Assembly: GCA_965203355.1 (NCBI GenBank)
Contig: OZ241889.1
Location: 2,464,001-2,528,000 of the forward strand
DNA from: Candidatus Latescibacterota bacterium
GTDB lineage: Bacteria; Latescibacterota; UBA2968; UBA8231
Direction: 5' to 3'
Length of the DNA stretch: 64,000 bases
Shown: piece after piece, positions 40,202 to 47,837 of the stretch
Position numbering within the stretch: position 1 is the stretch's first letter
Layout: every line of letters begins with the position of its first letter
The notes under the pieces: model-generated
What the model was told of the DNA's origin: nothing
What the model saw: the letters and a program-made list of their open reading frames with translations, nothing else
Databases searched by the model: none
Position numbers and translations under genes: made by a program

Positions 40202-40215
40202 CGGCCATCGCCGGT

Positions 40216-40280
40216 TGTGTTTTCCACGAAAAACTGTGTTTTTCCACGAAAAATCCGTGTAATTCCACGAAAAAATCGTG
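40216..40280 (+). promoter_or_regulatory. Three tandem direct repeats, candidate enhancer (UAS) sites
   Basis: GTGT-N1-3-TTCCACGAAAAA occurs three times with a ~20-21 bp period, roughly 125-185 bp upstream of the -24 box. Confidence 0.65.
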
Positions 40281-40349
40281 TAGAGCCTTGCATCGCCGGT
40301 GCGTCGGTATCTTTTGCAAAGCTCTGTCCATAATTTTAAGTATCATGTT

Positions 40350-40362
40350 TTTCAAGGTGTTA
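40350..40362 (+). promoter_or_regulatory. IHF-like binding site
   Basis: TTTCAAGGTGTTA has one mismatch to WATCAANNNNTTR; an AT-rich tract lies upstream; it sits between the UAS repeats and the promoter. Confidence 0.5.
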
Positions 40363-40401
40363 GGTCCATCCTGAAGAATTTTTTTGCATACGGCCTAATT
40401 G

Positions 40402-40418
40402 TTGGCACGGAATATGCT
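40402..40418 (+). promoter_or_regulatory. sigma54 (-24/-12) promoter
   Basis: TTGGCACGGAATATGCT with GG and GC 12 bp apart. Confidence 0.85.
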
Positions 40419-40557
40419 ACTATTCTCGTTGAAGGCGCGGCTGATGCGGCAGAAAGGAGGTGATAGGCACTCATATCGGTCGCTGCTCCACGCGGACTTC
40501 CAGTATTGAAGCGGCCGCCGGTCGCGGACGTATTGGACTTTTCAGGAGGTAAGAACC

Positions 40558-40836
40558 ATGCAGACCTTGCAGGAATTCTTCACGTCGTCGAGCGGTTTGG
40601 CTCCGGCTCGTCAGGGGTTGGGGCTGGGCTGGATCATCAGTGCGCTCACCGGGGTCGCCATACTGCTCGGGGCCAAGGAAGCCGATGCCGCCGAGTGCAG
40701 GTACCGCACTTATCTAGATTGCGGTTGGGACGGTTGGTGTGCTTCAAGGACGAAAGGGAAAGAGCCGATCCGGTGCTGCACATTTACAGAGTACGCTGAC
40801 TGTAGCTTTGATAGAAGTTGCTCCTGCGTAGCATGA
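40558..40836 (+). CDS. Small secreted cysteine-rich peptide precursor (8 Cys)
   Basis: AGGAGGT RBS; hydrophobic stretch plus ADA|A cleavage site; mature part C-x7-C-x5-C-x11-CC-x7-C-x5-C-x-C. Confidence 0.75.
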   Translation: MQTLQEFFTSSSGLAPARQGLGLGWIISALTGVAILLGAKEADAAECRYRTYLDCGWDGWCASRTKGKEPIRCCTFTEYADCSFDRSCSCVA

Positions 40837-40868
40837 CGGAGATCGCTTCGTAACTAACCCCCTTTCTC

Positions 40869-40952
40869 TACCCAATGGTGCTAGTGGGCTCCCCGTTGAA
40901 TTCAGCCATAGTCGCCGGGTCCTCTCGGTCAACTCATTGGTGCCATTGGGTA
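40869..40952 (+). other. Long intergenic RNA stem-loop
   Basis: TACCCAATGGTGCTAGTGGG pairs with CTCATTGGTGCCATTGGGTA over 20 bp, including several G-U pairs. Confidence 0.7.
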
Positions 40953-40977
40953 TTTATCGGAGGATAGAGGCCACATC

Positions 40978-43092
40978 ATGTTGGTATTAGCCGTTTGTGT
41001 ATGGGTCGTGCTGTCGGGTCGGGTCGCCGAGGCGATTCGGTGGGATTTCGCCGATGGAACGACGCAAGGGTGGTCGGCCAAAGAAGGTACTATCTGGGGT
41101 GGGCCGCGTGAATTGCACCTGTTTCCGGGCGTGGTCGCAGAGGGTGTGTGGCGGATTGAGACGATGCCCCCCGGCGCCGAGTCTTCCACTCCGAGTGTTG
41201 ATCTCGTTTCTCCGCCGATTGGGTATGATTCGGCCCTGTTCGATCGAGTCTATATCCGCTTCCGCACGGTCCATCCCAGTCCTACGACCGGTGTTTTTTC
41301 GATGACGTGGACCAACGAGCACAACTTCGCTTTGTGGATGTCAGACGACCTTGAAACCAGTTTTGGAATTCTTGCTGAAGACATAACCTATACCACCGAG
41401 TGGCAGGAAGTGGTGTTTGTCTTGGCCGAGCAAGACGATAAGATATGGGAGGGCCTGTTAAAGGATATTCGGCTTTATTTTTATTTTTCGTCCGATTCCG
41501 CTGTGGATCGGGTTGAGTGGCTTGAGATTGACTGGATCGAGTTGACGGGTGTGGAAGAGCAATTACAAGGGGAACTCCCGCCGCCATACGTAGATTACTT
41601 TCGCTTTGCGGCGGGTCTTTTTGCTCCGCCCGTTTTCCATCCAATCGCCTCGGGTATAGGGAACGGCTCTGTCTTTTTAGGCACGCAGGTAGGCGTTGGC
41701 GTATTGACGGACTTGGATGGCGATGGCGATTTAGACCTTTTCGCCCCCTATAATTACCTTCAAAGTGAGTCGGAGTCTGTGCAGCAGCAGAAAAAACTGG
41801 GCTGGCTCATAGCACTCAACGACGGGCAAGGGGGCTTGGAACTAGGGCGCATAGAGGAAGTCGTTACCACCGGGCAGGCGCGTATCGATCCGGCAACCGG
41901 CCGGACGATCGGGACGAATTTAGCGATGGTGGGGGCTGATTTGACGGGCGATGGGCAAGACGAAATCGCGATGTATCAGAATAGTAGTAGTAAGACGGCG
42001 ATAGAGGTTTGGTCCATTGATTCGGAACTCCAAGTTGAGATACTCATGCAGATCGAGGATAGACAGTTCGTGGATGCGGCCGATTGGGATGGCGATGGCC
42101 GCGCTGAATTGTTTGTCGCCGGGGGAGCGAGTAAAATGTTGGAGATATGGGGTTTAGAACAGGGCCTGTGGATCACCGAGAAAGAGGTAGCGGTAGTCCA
42201 AGACCATATCCCCGGCCGAATCGGCGACTTTACTGGTCATGGGGAACTGGAGGTGTTGTGGCTCCCGATTTTAGGGCATGCCCGTACGTGGACTGTGAGT
42301 GCCTTGGACGCGGAGTCTCAGCAAGGCGAGGTGGTTAAGTTCGATGAATATAGGCGGCTGTTAGGCGTGGGCGATTTTGATAGGGATGGACGAGTGGATT
42401 TCCTCACGGAGTTTATACGCGACCAAGTCGAAGGGAGCAAAGGATTGCTCGTGCAGAACGCCGACCCTGCCGAATCGGCGGTGCTGTACGATGAGCGACT
42501 CTTTCGGCTCTCGCCGGTGCTGATGCGGGACCTGAATGCTGATGGGGTCAACGACTGGGTGTTTGTGGGCGGGGATCGGCCTTCGGGCGTTGGGGTCTTC
42601 ATCGAGTGGGGTGGGGGGGTCAAGCCGACCCAAGCGGTGGAGCGGCATCGGTTGGAAGGCCCTGGGACCTATGTGCTTTCTGGGGATATGGATGGCGATG
42701 GCGATCTGGATTTGGTGGTGTTAGATCCGGTTTTGGGTGGGGTGCATGTGCTCAAGAGTTCGCTGGCCGAGCAAGCGACGGCTGTGCAGGCGGCGGCGCT
42801 GGTTCGGCCGGCGCGGTATCGGCTGGGCGACAGTTATCCCAATCCATTTAATCCGGCGGTGGTCATTCCGTTAGATTTGGCGAGGGACGCGCAAGTTGTG
42901 TCGCTGACGGTATATGACGTGCTGGGTCGTCGGGTGCGGCTGGTGTGGGAAGGGTCGCTTGGGGCGGGTCGGCATGGGTTGGTGTGGGATGGCCGCGACG
43001 AGGCTGGTCGTGCGGTGGCGGCGGGGGTGTACATCTATCAGGTCGCAATCGACGGACAAGTAGAAGCAAGCAAGATGACGAAACTGCCGTGA
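40978..43092 (+). CDS. Secreted FG-GAP repeat protein with N-terminal beta-sandwich and FlgD-Ig C-terminal domain
   Basis: Signal peptide; IRWDFADGTTQGW domain; repeated DxDGDGDxD; SYPNPFNP..WDGRD..AAGVYIY..KMTKLP end. Confidence 0.85.
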   Translation: MLVLAVCVWVVLSGRVAEAIRWDFADGTTQGWSAKEGTIWGGPRELHLFPGVVAEGVWRIETMPPGAESSTPSVDLVSPPIGYDSALFDRVYIRFRTVHPSPTTGVFSMTWTNEHNFALWMSDDLETSFGILAEDITYTTEWQEVVFVLAEQDDKIWEGLLKDIRLYFYFSSDSAVDRVEWLEIDWIELTGVEEQLQGELPPPYVDYFRFAAGLFAPPVFHPIASGIGNGSVFLGTQVGVGVLTDLDGDGDLDLFAPYNYLQSESESVQQQKKLGWLIALNDGQGGLELGRIEEVVTTGQARIDPATGRTIGTNLAMVGADLTGDGQDEIAMYQNSSSKTAIEVWSIDSELQVEILMQIEDRQFVDAADWDGDGRAELFVAGGASKMLEIWGLEQGLWITEKEVAVVQDHIPGRIGDFTGHGELEVLWLPILGHARTWTVSALDAESQQGEVVKFDEYRRLLGVGDFDRDGRVDFLTEFIRDQVEGSKGLLVQNADPAESAVLYDERLFRLSPVLMRDLNADGVNDWVFVGGDRPSGVGVFIEWGGGVKPTQAVERHRLEGPGTYVLSGDMDGDGDLDLVVLDPVLGGVHVLKSSLAEQATAVQAAALVRPARYRLGDSYPNPFNPAVVIPLDLARDAQVVSLTVYDVLGRRVRLVWEGSLGAGRHGLVWDGRDEAGRAVAAGVYIYQVAIDGQVEASKMTKLP

Positions 43093-43128
43093 GGATGCGC
43101 TTTTTGACTTGAAGAAGGATAATACGGC

Positions 43129-43650
43129 ATGGGACAGCCTAAGCATCCCTTATACTGGATTTACTCCGGCTTAATTTTGCTATTAATCCCCGTGATCTTC
43201 GTGCTTACGGGCCTTTATGAAAAAAGCCGTCGCCTCCAATGGCCCCTGCCGTCTCTGCCGCCGAAAGAAGTATTGCTGAGCCGACTCGCCGCGCTTGATT
43301 CCACCGCGCGCGATTTCCAGTTAGACGAAGTATATCAGGCTACGCCCGCGCCGCGTTCCGGGGTGCTGTCCGCCTATGGCGTCCTTACTGACGACGAGAT
43401 ATTGGCCTATAGGCTGGTCGTCGTGCGCTACGACATTGCCTGTGCTACCTGCCGCGATTTACTGGCGGGCATCCTCGTTGAGCCGAGCGACGACCGCGTC
43501 GTGGCCGTTTGGCCCTTGAACTCTTGGGAACTGGCCGACGGTCCTTTTGACCCCACGGCATTTTTCACCCAACTAAGCGGAAGGCTCCTCTCTGAACCTT
43601 TGGCCGTAGGCCGAGACATTGATAAGAAGAGGCTGTCGTGTTGCTCTTAG
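43129..43650 (+). CDS. Membrane-anchored CxxC protein with a truncated FMN-binding-like domain
   Basis: N-terminal TM helix, CATC, and FFTQLSGRLLSEPLAVGRDID, but no following (S/T)GAT flavinylation motif. Confidence 0.55.
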   Translation: MGQPKHPLYWIYSGLILLLIPVIFVLTGLYEKSRRLQWPLPSLPPKEVLLSRLAALDSTARDFQLDEVYQATPAPRSGVLSAYGVLTDDEILAYRLVVVRYDIACATCRDLLAGILVEPSDDRVVAVWPLNSWELADGPFDPTAFFTQLSGRLLSEPLAVGRDIDKKRLSCCS

Positions 43651-45821
43651 CCTTTTGCACTGGCTTGCTGCTCTTGCGCGGCCCTGCTGGGGCGATTCGG
43701 TGGGACTTTGACGATGGGACGACGCAAGGCTGGGGCGCGAAGAGGTCAATGAGCTCGGGCGGGGAGCATGCCTTTATTCCGTTGTCTGGGTCTGTGGAAG
43801 TCGGCGTCTGGCGGATTAGTGTCTTCCGCAGAGATGATGCTAGTGGAGCCGCGGCGGAGGTGATTTCTCCTACGCTCAATGTGGATTCGCATCTGTTTGA
43901 CCGGGTGCGGCTTCGCTTTCGCTTGGTGCATGATAGTCCTATCCAAGGCGTCTTATCATTCCGCTGGACCAATCAGCACAATCTCAGGTCCCCGGGTATG
44001 GATCCTCTATGGCCGCCCCCACTTAAGAAACAGTTCGTTCTAAGGGCAAACGGCTTTTGGGGTGCATGGGTCTATACGACCGAATGGCAAGAGTATGAGT
44101 TTTCGTTGATCGACTTCGAGAAAAATCCCTACGGGTACTATCCCTTATGGGAAGGGCTGTTGGATGATATTCGGCTGACATTTGACTTGGAAGATGTGGT
44201 CGATCCACCGGCCGCGCCTCAGGAGCAAGCCTTGGAAATTGATTGGATTGAACTGACCGGCGTGGAAGAAATGTTACAAGGCGAGTTACCGCGTCCGTCG
44301 GTAGCGGCGTTGCCCAATCAAGCGGCTGGCGTGTTTGCGCCGCCGACGTTCTCGCCGGTGGCGCCGGGGTTAGGGTACTTTCGTCTGTTAGGCTACGATC
44401 CGGTGGGTGCTTTGCTCGACTTAGATGCGGATGGCGACTTGGATTTATTCTCGTTTTGGGAGGCTTTAGATCGCGAATGGAAAGGGGGCTGGCTCATGGC
44501 CGGCAACACCGGGTCTGGCGCGTTTGAACTGGCGCGGTCAGAACAGTTGGACCTGTGGGATCGGCGGGTGTGCGTCGGCGATATAACCGGGGATGGTCGG
44601 TCGGAGTTGGTGGTCAGTCTGGGTAGTGCCGAGTGGGCGATCACCGTGTGGTCGGTCGGCGAAGCATTTCAGGTGGCGGCATTGCTGGAGCGGGCGCCGC
44701 GTCGGTTGGTGGATGCGGTCGATTGGGATGGCGATGGGGCTGTGGAAGTGTTTGCCCAAGCGCTGGACGCGCCGTTTTTGGAAGTTTGGGATGTGGTGGA
44801 TGGGCAGTGGGTCTTTACCGAACTGTCGGTGCCGGACTCGGCTTCAGGGTTGGGTTGGGCGCATCAGATCGGCGACTTTACCGGGGATGGTCAGTTGGAG
44901 GTGCTGTGGGGGCCGAAGGAATCGTTTCATTTAGCGGCGTTTGAAGCGGTGAGTTCGTTTCAGGTGGGGCCTTTAGGGTCGGCTGCGGGCGAGGGGCTGC
45001 TCTTTGCGGATGTGGTTCCGTTTCCGCTGCTGGCGGGTCGGTCGGGCGACTTTACTGGCGACGGACAGGTGGATTTGCTGGCGGGCGTGCGCGAGGATGG
45101 GGCTGAGCAACGCAAGGGATTGGCCGTGTGGAGCCACCAGGCCGCTGGCTTGCAGCAAACGGTGCTCTATGGGACGGATTTGTTTTTGCGCTCGTCAGTG
45201 GTGGTTTGCGACTTGGACGGGGATGGGGTGGATGATTGGGTGTTCGTCGGGGGCGATTATGCGTCCGGCTTTGGGGTGTTCGTGGAGTGGGGTGGCGGGT
45301 TGCATCCGGGCAAACGGGTGGAGTGGTATCGGTTGGCTGGGTTGGGTCGTGCGCGGTTGGCGGCTGGGGCTTCCAGCGGGTTGGAAGGCAACGGGGTGTT
45401 GGTGTTGCCGGGGGATGTGGATGGCGATGGCGATTTGGACTTAGTGGTGTTGGATCGCGCGTTGGGGGGTGTGCAGGTGCTCAAGAGTGCGGTGGCCGAG
45501 CAAGCGACGGCTGTGCAGGCTTTGCCGCTGGTTCGGCCGGTGCGGCATCGGCTGGGTGCTAGTTATCCCAATCCGTTCAATCCGGCGGTGGTCATTCCGT
45601 TAGACTTAGCGAGGGACGCACTGGCCGTGTCGTTGACGGTATATGACGTGTTGGGTCGTCGGGTGCGGCGGGTGTGGGCTGGGTCGCTTGGGGCGGGTCG
45701 GCATGAGTTGGTGTGGGATGGCCGCGACGCGGCCGGTCGCACGGTGGCGGCGGGGGTGTATATCTATCAGGTCGCAATTGATGGGCAAGTACAAGCAAGC
45801 AAGATGACGAAGCTGCCGTGA
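43638..45821 (+). CDS. Secreted FG-GAP/FlgD-Ig protein, paralogue of 40978-43092
   Basis: Same architecture (IRWDFDDGTTQGW, YTTEWQE, LEIDWIELTGVEE, PNPFN); the last ~400 bp are highly similar at DNA level. Confidence 0.85.
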   Translation: MLLLAFCTGLLLLRGPAGAIRWDFDDGTTQGWGAKRSMSSGGEHAFIPLSGSVEVGVWRISVFRRDDASGAAAEVISPTLNVDSHLFDRVRLRFRLVHDSPIQGVLSFRWTNQHNLRSPGMDPLWPPPLKKQFVLRANGFWGAWVYTTEWQEYEFSLIDFEKNPYGYYPLWEGLLDDIRLTFDLEDVVDPPAAPQEQALEIDWIELTGVEEMLQGELPRPSVAALPNQAAGVFAPPTFSPVAPGLGYFRLLGYDPVGALLDLDADGDLDLFSFWEALDREWKGGWLMAGNTGSGAFELARSEQLDLWDRRVCVGDITGDGRSELVVSLGSAEWAITVWSVGEAFQVAALLERAPRRLVDAVDWDGDGAVEVFAQALDAPFLEVWDVVDGQWVFTELSVPDSASGLGWAHQIGDFTGDGQLEVLWGPKESFHLAAFEAVSSFQVGPLGSAAGEGLLFADVVPFPLLAGRSGDFTGDGQVDLLAGVREDGAEQRKGLAVWSHQAAGLQQTVLYGTDLFLRSSVVVCDLDGDGVDDWVFVGGDYASGFGVFVEWGGGLHPGKRVEWYRLAGLGRARLAAGASSGLEGNGVLVLPGDVDGDGDLDLVVLDRALGGVQVLKSAVAEQATAVQALPLVRPVRHRLGASYPNPFNPAVVIPLDLARDALAVSLTVYDVLGRRVRRVWAGSLGAGRHELVWDGRDAAGRTVAAGVYIYQVAIDGQVQASKMTKLP

Positions 45822-45869
45822 GAGGACAACCTCAGCATCCATGTGGATTGAGAATCGGAGTATATCAGC

Positions 45870-46172
45870 ATGATACGCATTGACACCTTGAATCGCTGCG
45901 GCGACACCTTAACCGTCCAACTCGCAGGGTATATCTATAAGGAGGAGTTCGCCATCCTGTATGATTTCCTAAAATCGCAGGCCGAGGAGGGCGTAACGGA
46001 GGTGTGCATCGTGGCCAACGAAATGCGAAGCCTCAACTCATTGCTCCAGCGCGACGCGGACCGCTTGGCGCAACTGGGTCTGAGGTTGCGCTTTCAACAA
46101 CTGAACGATTCCATAAAGTACATATTAGAATACTGGGGGAAGGAGGCTTGGATAGATGATGAAGATGAATAA
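45870..46172 (+). CDS. Small STAS-like hypothetical protein
   Basis: ~100 aa with a beta-beta(LAG)-alpha-beta-alpha pattern like anti-sigma antagonists; GGAG RBS. Confidence 0.5.
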   Translation: MIRIDTLNRCGDTLTVQLAGYIYKEEFAILYDFLKSQAEEGVTEVCIVANEMRSLNSLLQRDADRLAQLGLRLRFQQLNDSIKYILEYWGKEAWIDDEDE

Positions 46173-47814
46173 GATGTGTGCTTTAGTCGCGATAATCGTG
46201 CTGTGCGGCCAGTCGGTGTGGGCGGGCGAGTGGGTGCAAGCGGGAACGGATGATTTCGCGGCGGGCACTTTTGCCGGTACGCAGATCGACCACTCGGGGC
46301 AGGTGTCGCTGACCTCCTTTCGCGGGGTGAATTTGGCGTTGGATGCGGTAGCTGCGTCCGGGCCGAACACCTTGAGTGGTCGCCGCAGCGTCACCGATGG
46401 CAACCCCGACACCGAGTGGCGCTTTGACAACGCAGTCGAAGTGTTGGGCAAGTGGATTCGCATTGACTTGGGCGGCGACCGCGGCGTCAGCCAAGTGCGC
46501 CTGCTGCCGGGCAAGACGGTGGTCCAACGGCCGCAGTTTTTCGTCAAAGGCTATCGCCTCGAAGTGGCGCGCGAAGCCACGCCCGACGATTGGGTCCTGG
46601 TGGCGCAACAGGCCGAAAACACCCGCCCAACGGTCGATACGTCGGCGGATTCGACGTGGATCGAGACCAAGGCCAACGGGGAGGTGTTGCCCGTGTTGGG
46701 CCGCTTTGTGCGCCTGCGCCTGACGCGGGAGGACCCGCCCAACTGGGTTTCCATCGGCGAGGTGGAAGTGTTTGGCGAGGGCTTTCGCGCCGAAGGTGCG
46801 TTTGAGTCGGCTGTGTTCGATGCCGGGCAGCCGATCAACCTAGGGCGGGTGTGGTTTGCTGGCGATAGGCCGCCGGGCACGGTTTTGCAGGTGCAGTTCC
46901 GCACCTCGGCCGATGGGGAGACGTGGCCCGAATGGCACCGGGTGCCGGCGTGGAATTTGACCGCAGTCGGCGCGGGCGTGGCCCTGACCGAGCCGGAGCC
47001 AGCGCGGTTTGTGCAATATCGGGCGGTGATGGAAACGCGTGACCCGTTGCGGACGCCGCGGCTGGCGCAGGTGGTGGTGGCCTTTGGCGAGGAGCTCTTT
47101 GCACAGGCGGTGGCCGGCAGCATTGCGCCGCCGCGTCCGGTGCTGGGTGCGGAGACCGAGTTTGTCTATACCTTTGACGTGGAAATCGGCCCCAGTGATT
47201 TAGGGTTTGACCGAGTGCGTATTGGCTTGCCCGGGTCGGTGCGACAAGTGCGGTTTGACGGGGCGGTGCTGCCGGCGGATGGGTATGAGGCCGCGTGGGA
47301 CGATGCGGGCATCCACTTGGTGTTGGGAGCCGAGCACCACGTGCGTCGGTCGGGGCGGCTCGAAGTGGAGTTTGCGGCCGTGTTGCTGCGGCCGACGCTG
47401 GCGGTGCGGGCGGCCGTGGCGTTGGGCGCTAGCGCGGATTGGCAGTACGTGCGGCCGGTGACGGACGCGGCGTGGACGTTGGTCGGCGAAGGGGTGGTCG
47501 CTCGCGCCTTGCCGCGCGCTGGCGTGTTGGTGCGGCCCAATCCCTTTAACGCGGCGACTGGCCCGACCCAAATTCAGATCGACTTGGCCAAGGTGCAGCA
47601 CCCGCAGGCCTTGACGGTGGCCCTATACGACTTGGCGGGCCGGAAGCAACGGTTGCTGTGGGACGGGTCGGCCGCGGCTGGGCGCAAGCGCTTGGCCTGG
47701 GATGGCCGCGACAACAGCGGGCGGCGGGTCGCGCCCGGGCATTATCTGCTGCGCGTTGAAATCGACGCGGACCGAGCGGATGTGTGGACCGGGTTGGTCG
47801 GGTTGGTGTACTGA
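46156..47814 (+). CDS. Secreted discoidin (F5/8C)-like protein with FlgD-Ig C-terminal domain
   Basis: Signal peptide; TDGNPDTEW, WIRIDLG, RFVRL, IGEVEVFG; RPNPFN..WDGRD..PGHYLL. Exact start uncertain. Confidence 0.8.
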   Translation: MMKMNKMCALVAIIVLCGQSVWAGEWVQAGTDDFAAGTFAGTQIDHSGQVSLTSFRGVNLALDAVAASGPNTLSGRRSVTDGNPDTEWRFDNAVEVLGKWIRIDLGGDRGVSQVRLLPGKTVVQRPQFFVKGYRLEVAREATPDDWVLVAQQAENTRPTVDTSADSTWIETKANGEVLPVLGRFVRLRLTREDPPNWVSIGEVEVFGEGFRAEGAFESAVFDAGQPINLGRVWFAGDRPPGTVLQVQFRTSADGETWPEWHRVPAWNLTAVGAGVALTEPEPARFVQYRAVMETRDPLRTPRLAQVVVAFGEELFAQAVAGSIAPPRPVLGAETEFVYTFDVEIGPSDLGFDRVRIGLPGSVRQVRFDGAVLPADGYEAAWDDAGIHLVLGAEHHVRRSGRLEVEFAAVLLRPTLAVRAAVALGASADWQYVRPVTDAAWTLVGEGVVARALPRAGVLVRPNPFNAATGPTQIQIDLAKVQHPQALTVALYDLAGRKQRLLWDGSAAAGRKRLAWDGRDNSGRRVAPGHYLLRVEIDADRADVWTGLVGLVY

Positions 47815-47837
47815 CGAAGCCGCTAAGGAGATGCGAG

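Noticed and set aside
40216-40280. Tandem repeats as a mini-CRISPR
   Set aside because: The period is only ~20 bp, with no unique spacers and no cas genes; the position fits enhancer sites.
40558-40836. Peptide as a lanthipeptide/sactipeptide/ranthipeptide precursor
   Set aside because: No modifying enzyme or peptidase-ABC exporter nearby; it has a signal-peptidase-type cleavage site.
42680-45821. Similar 3' ends of FG-GAP genes as a DGR template/variable repeat pair
   Set aside because: No reverse transcriptase in the window, and the differences are not adenine-specific.
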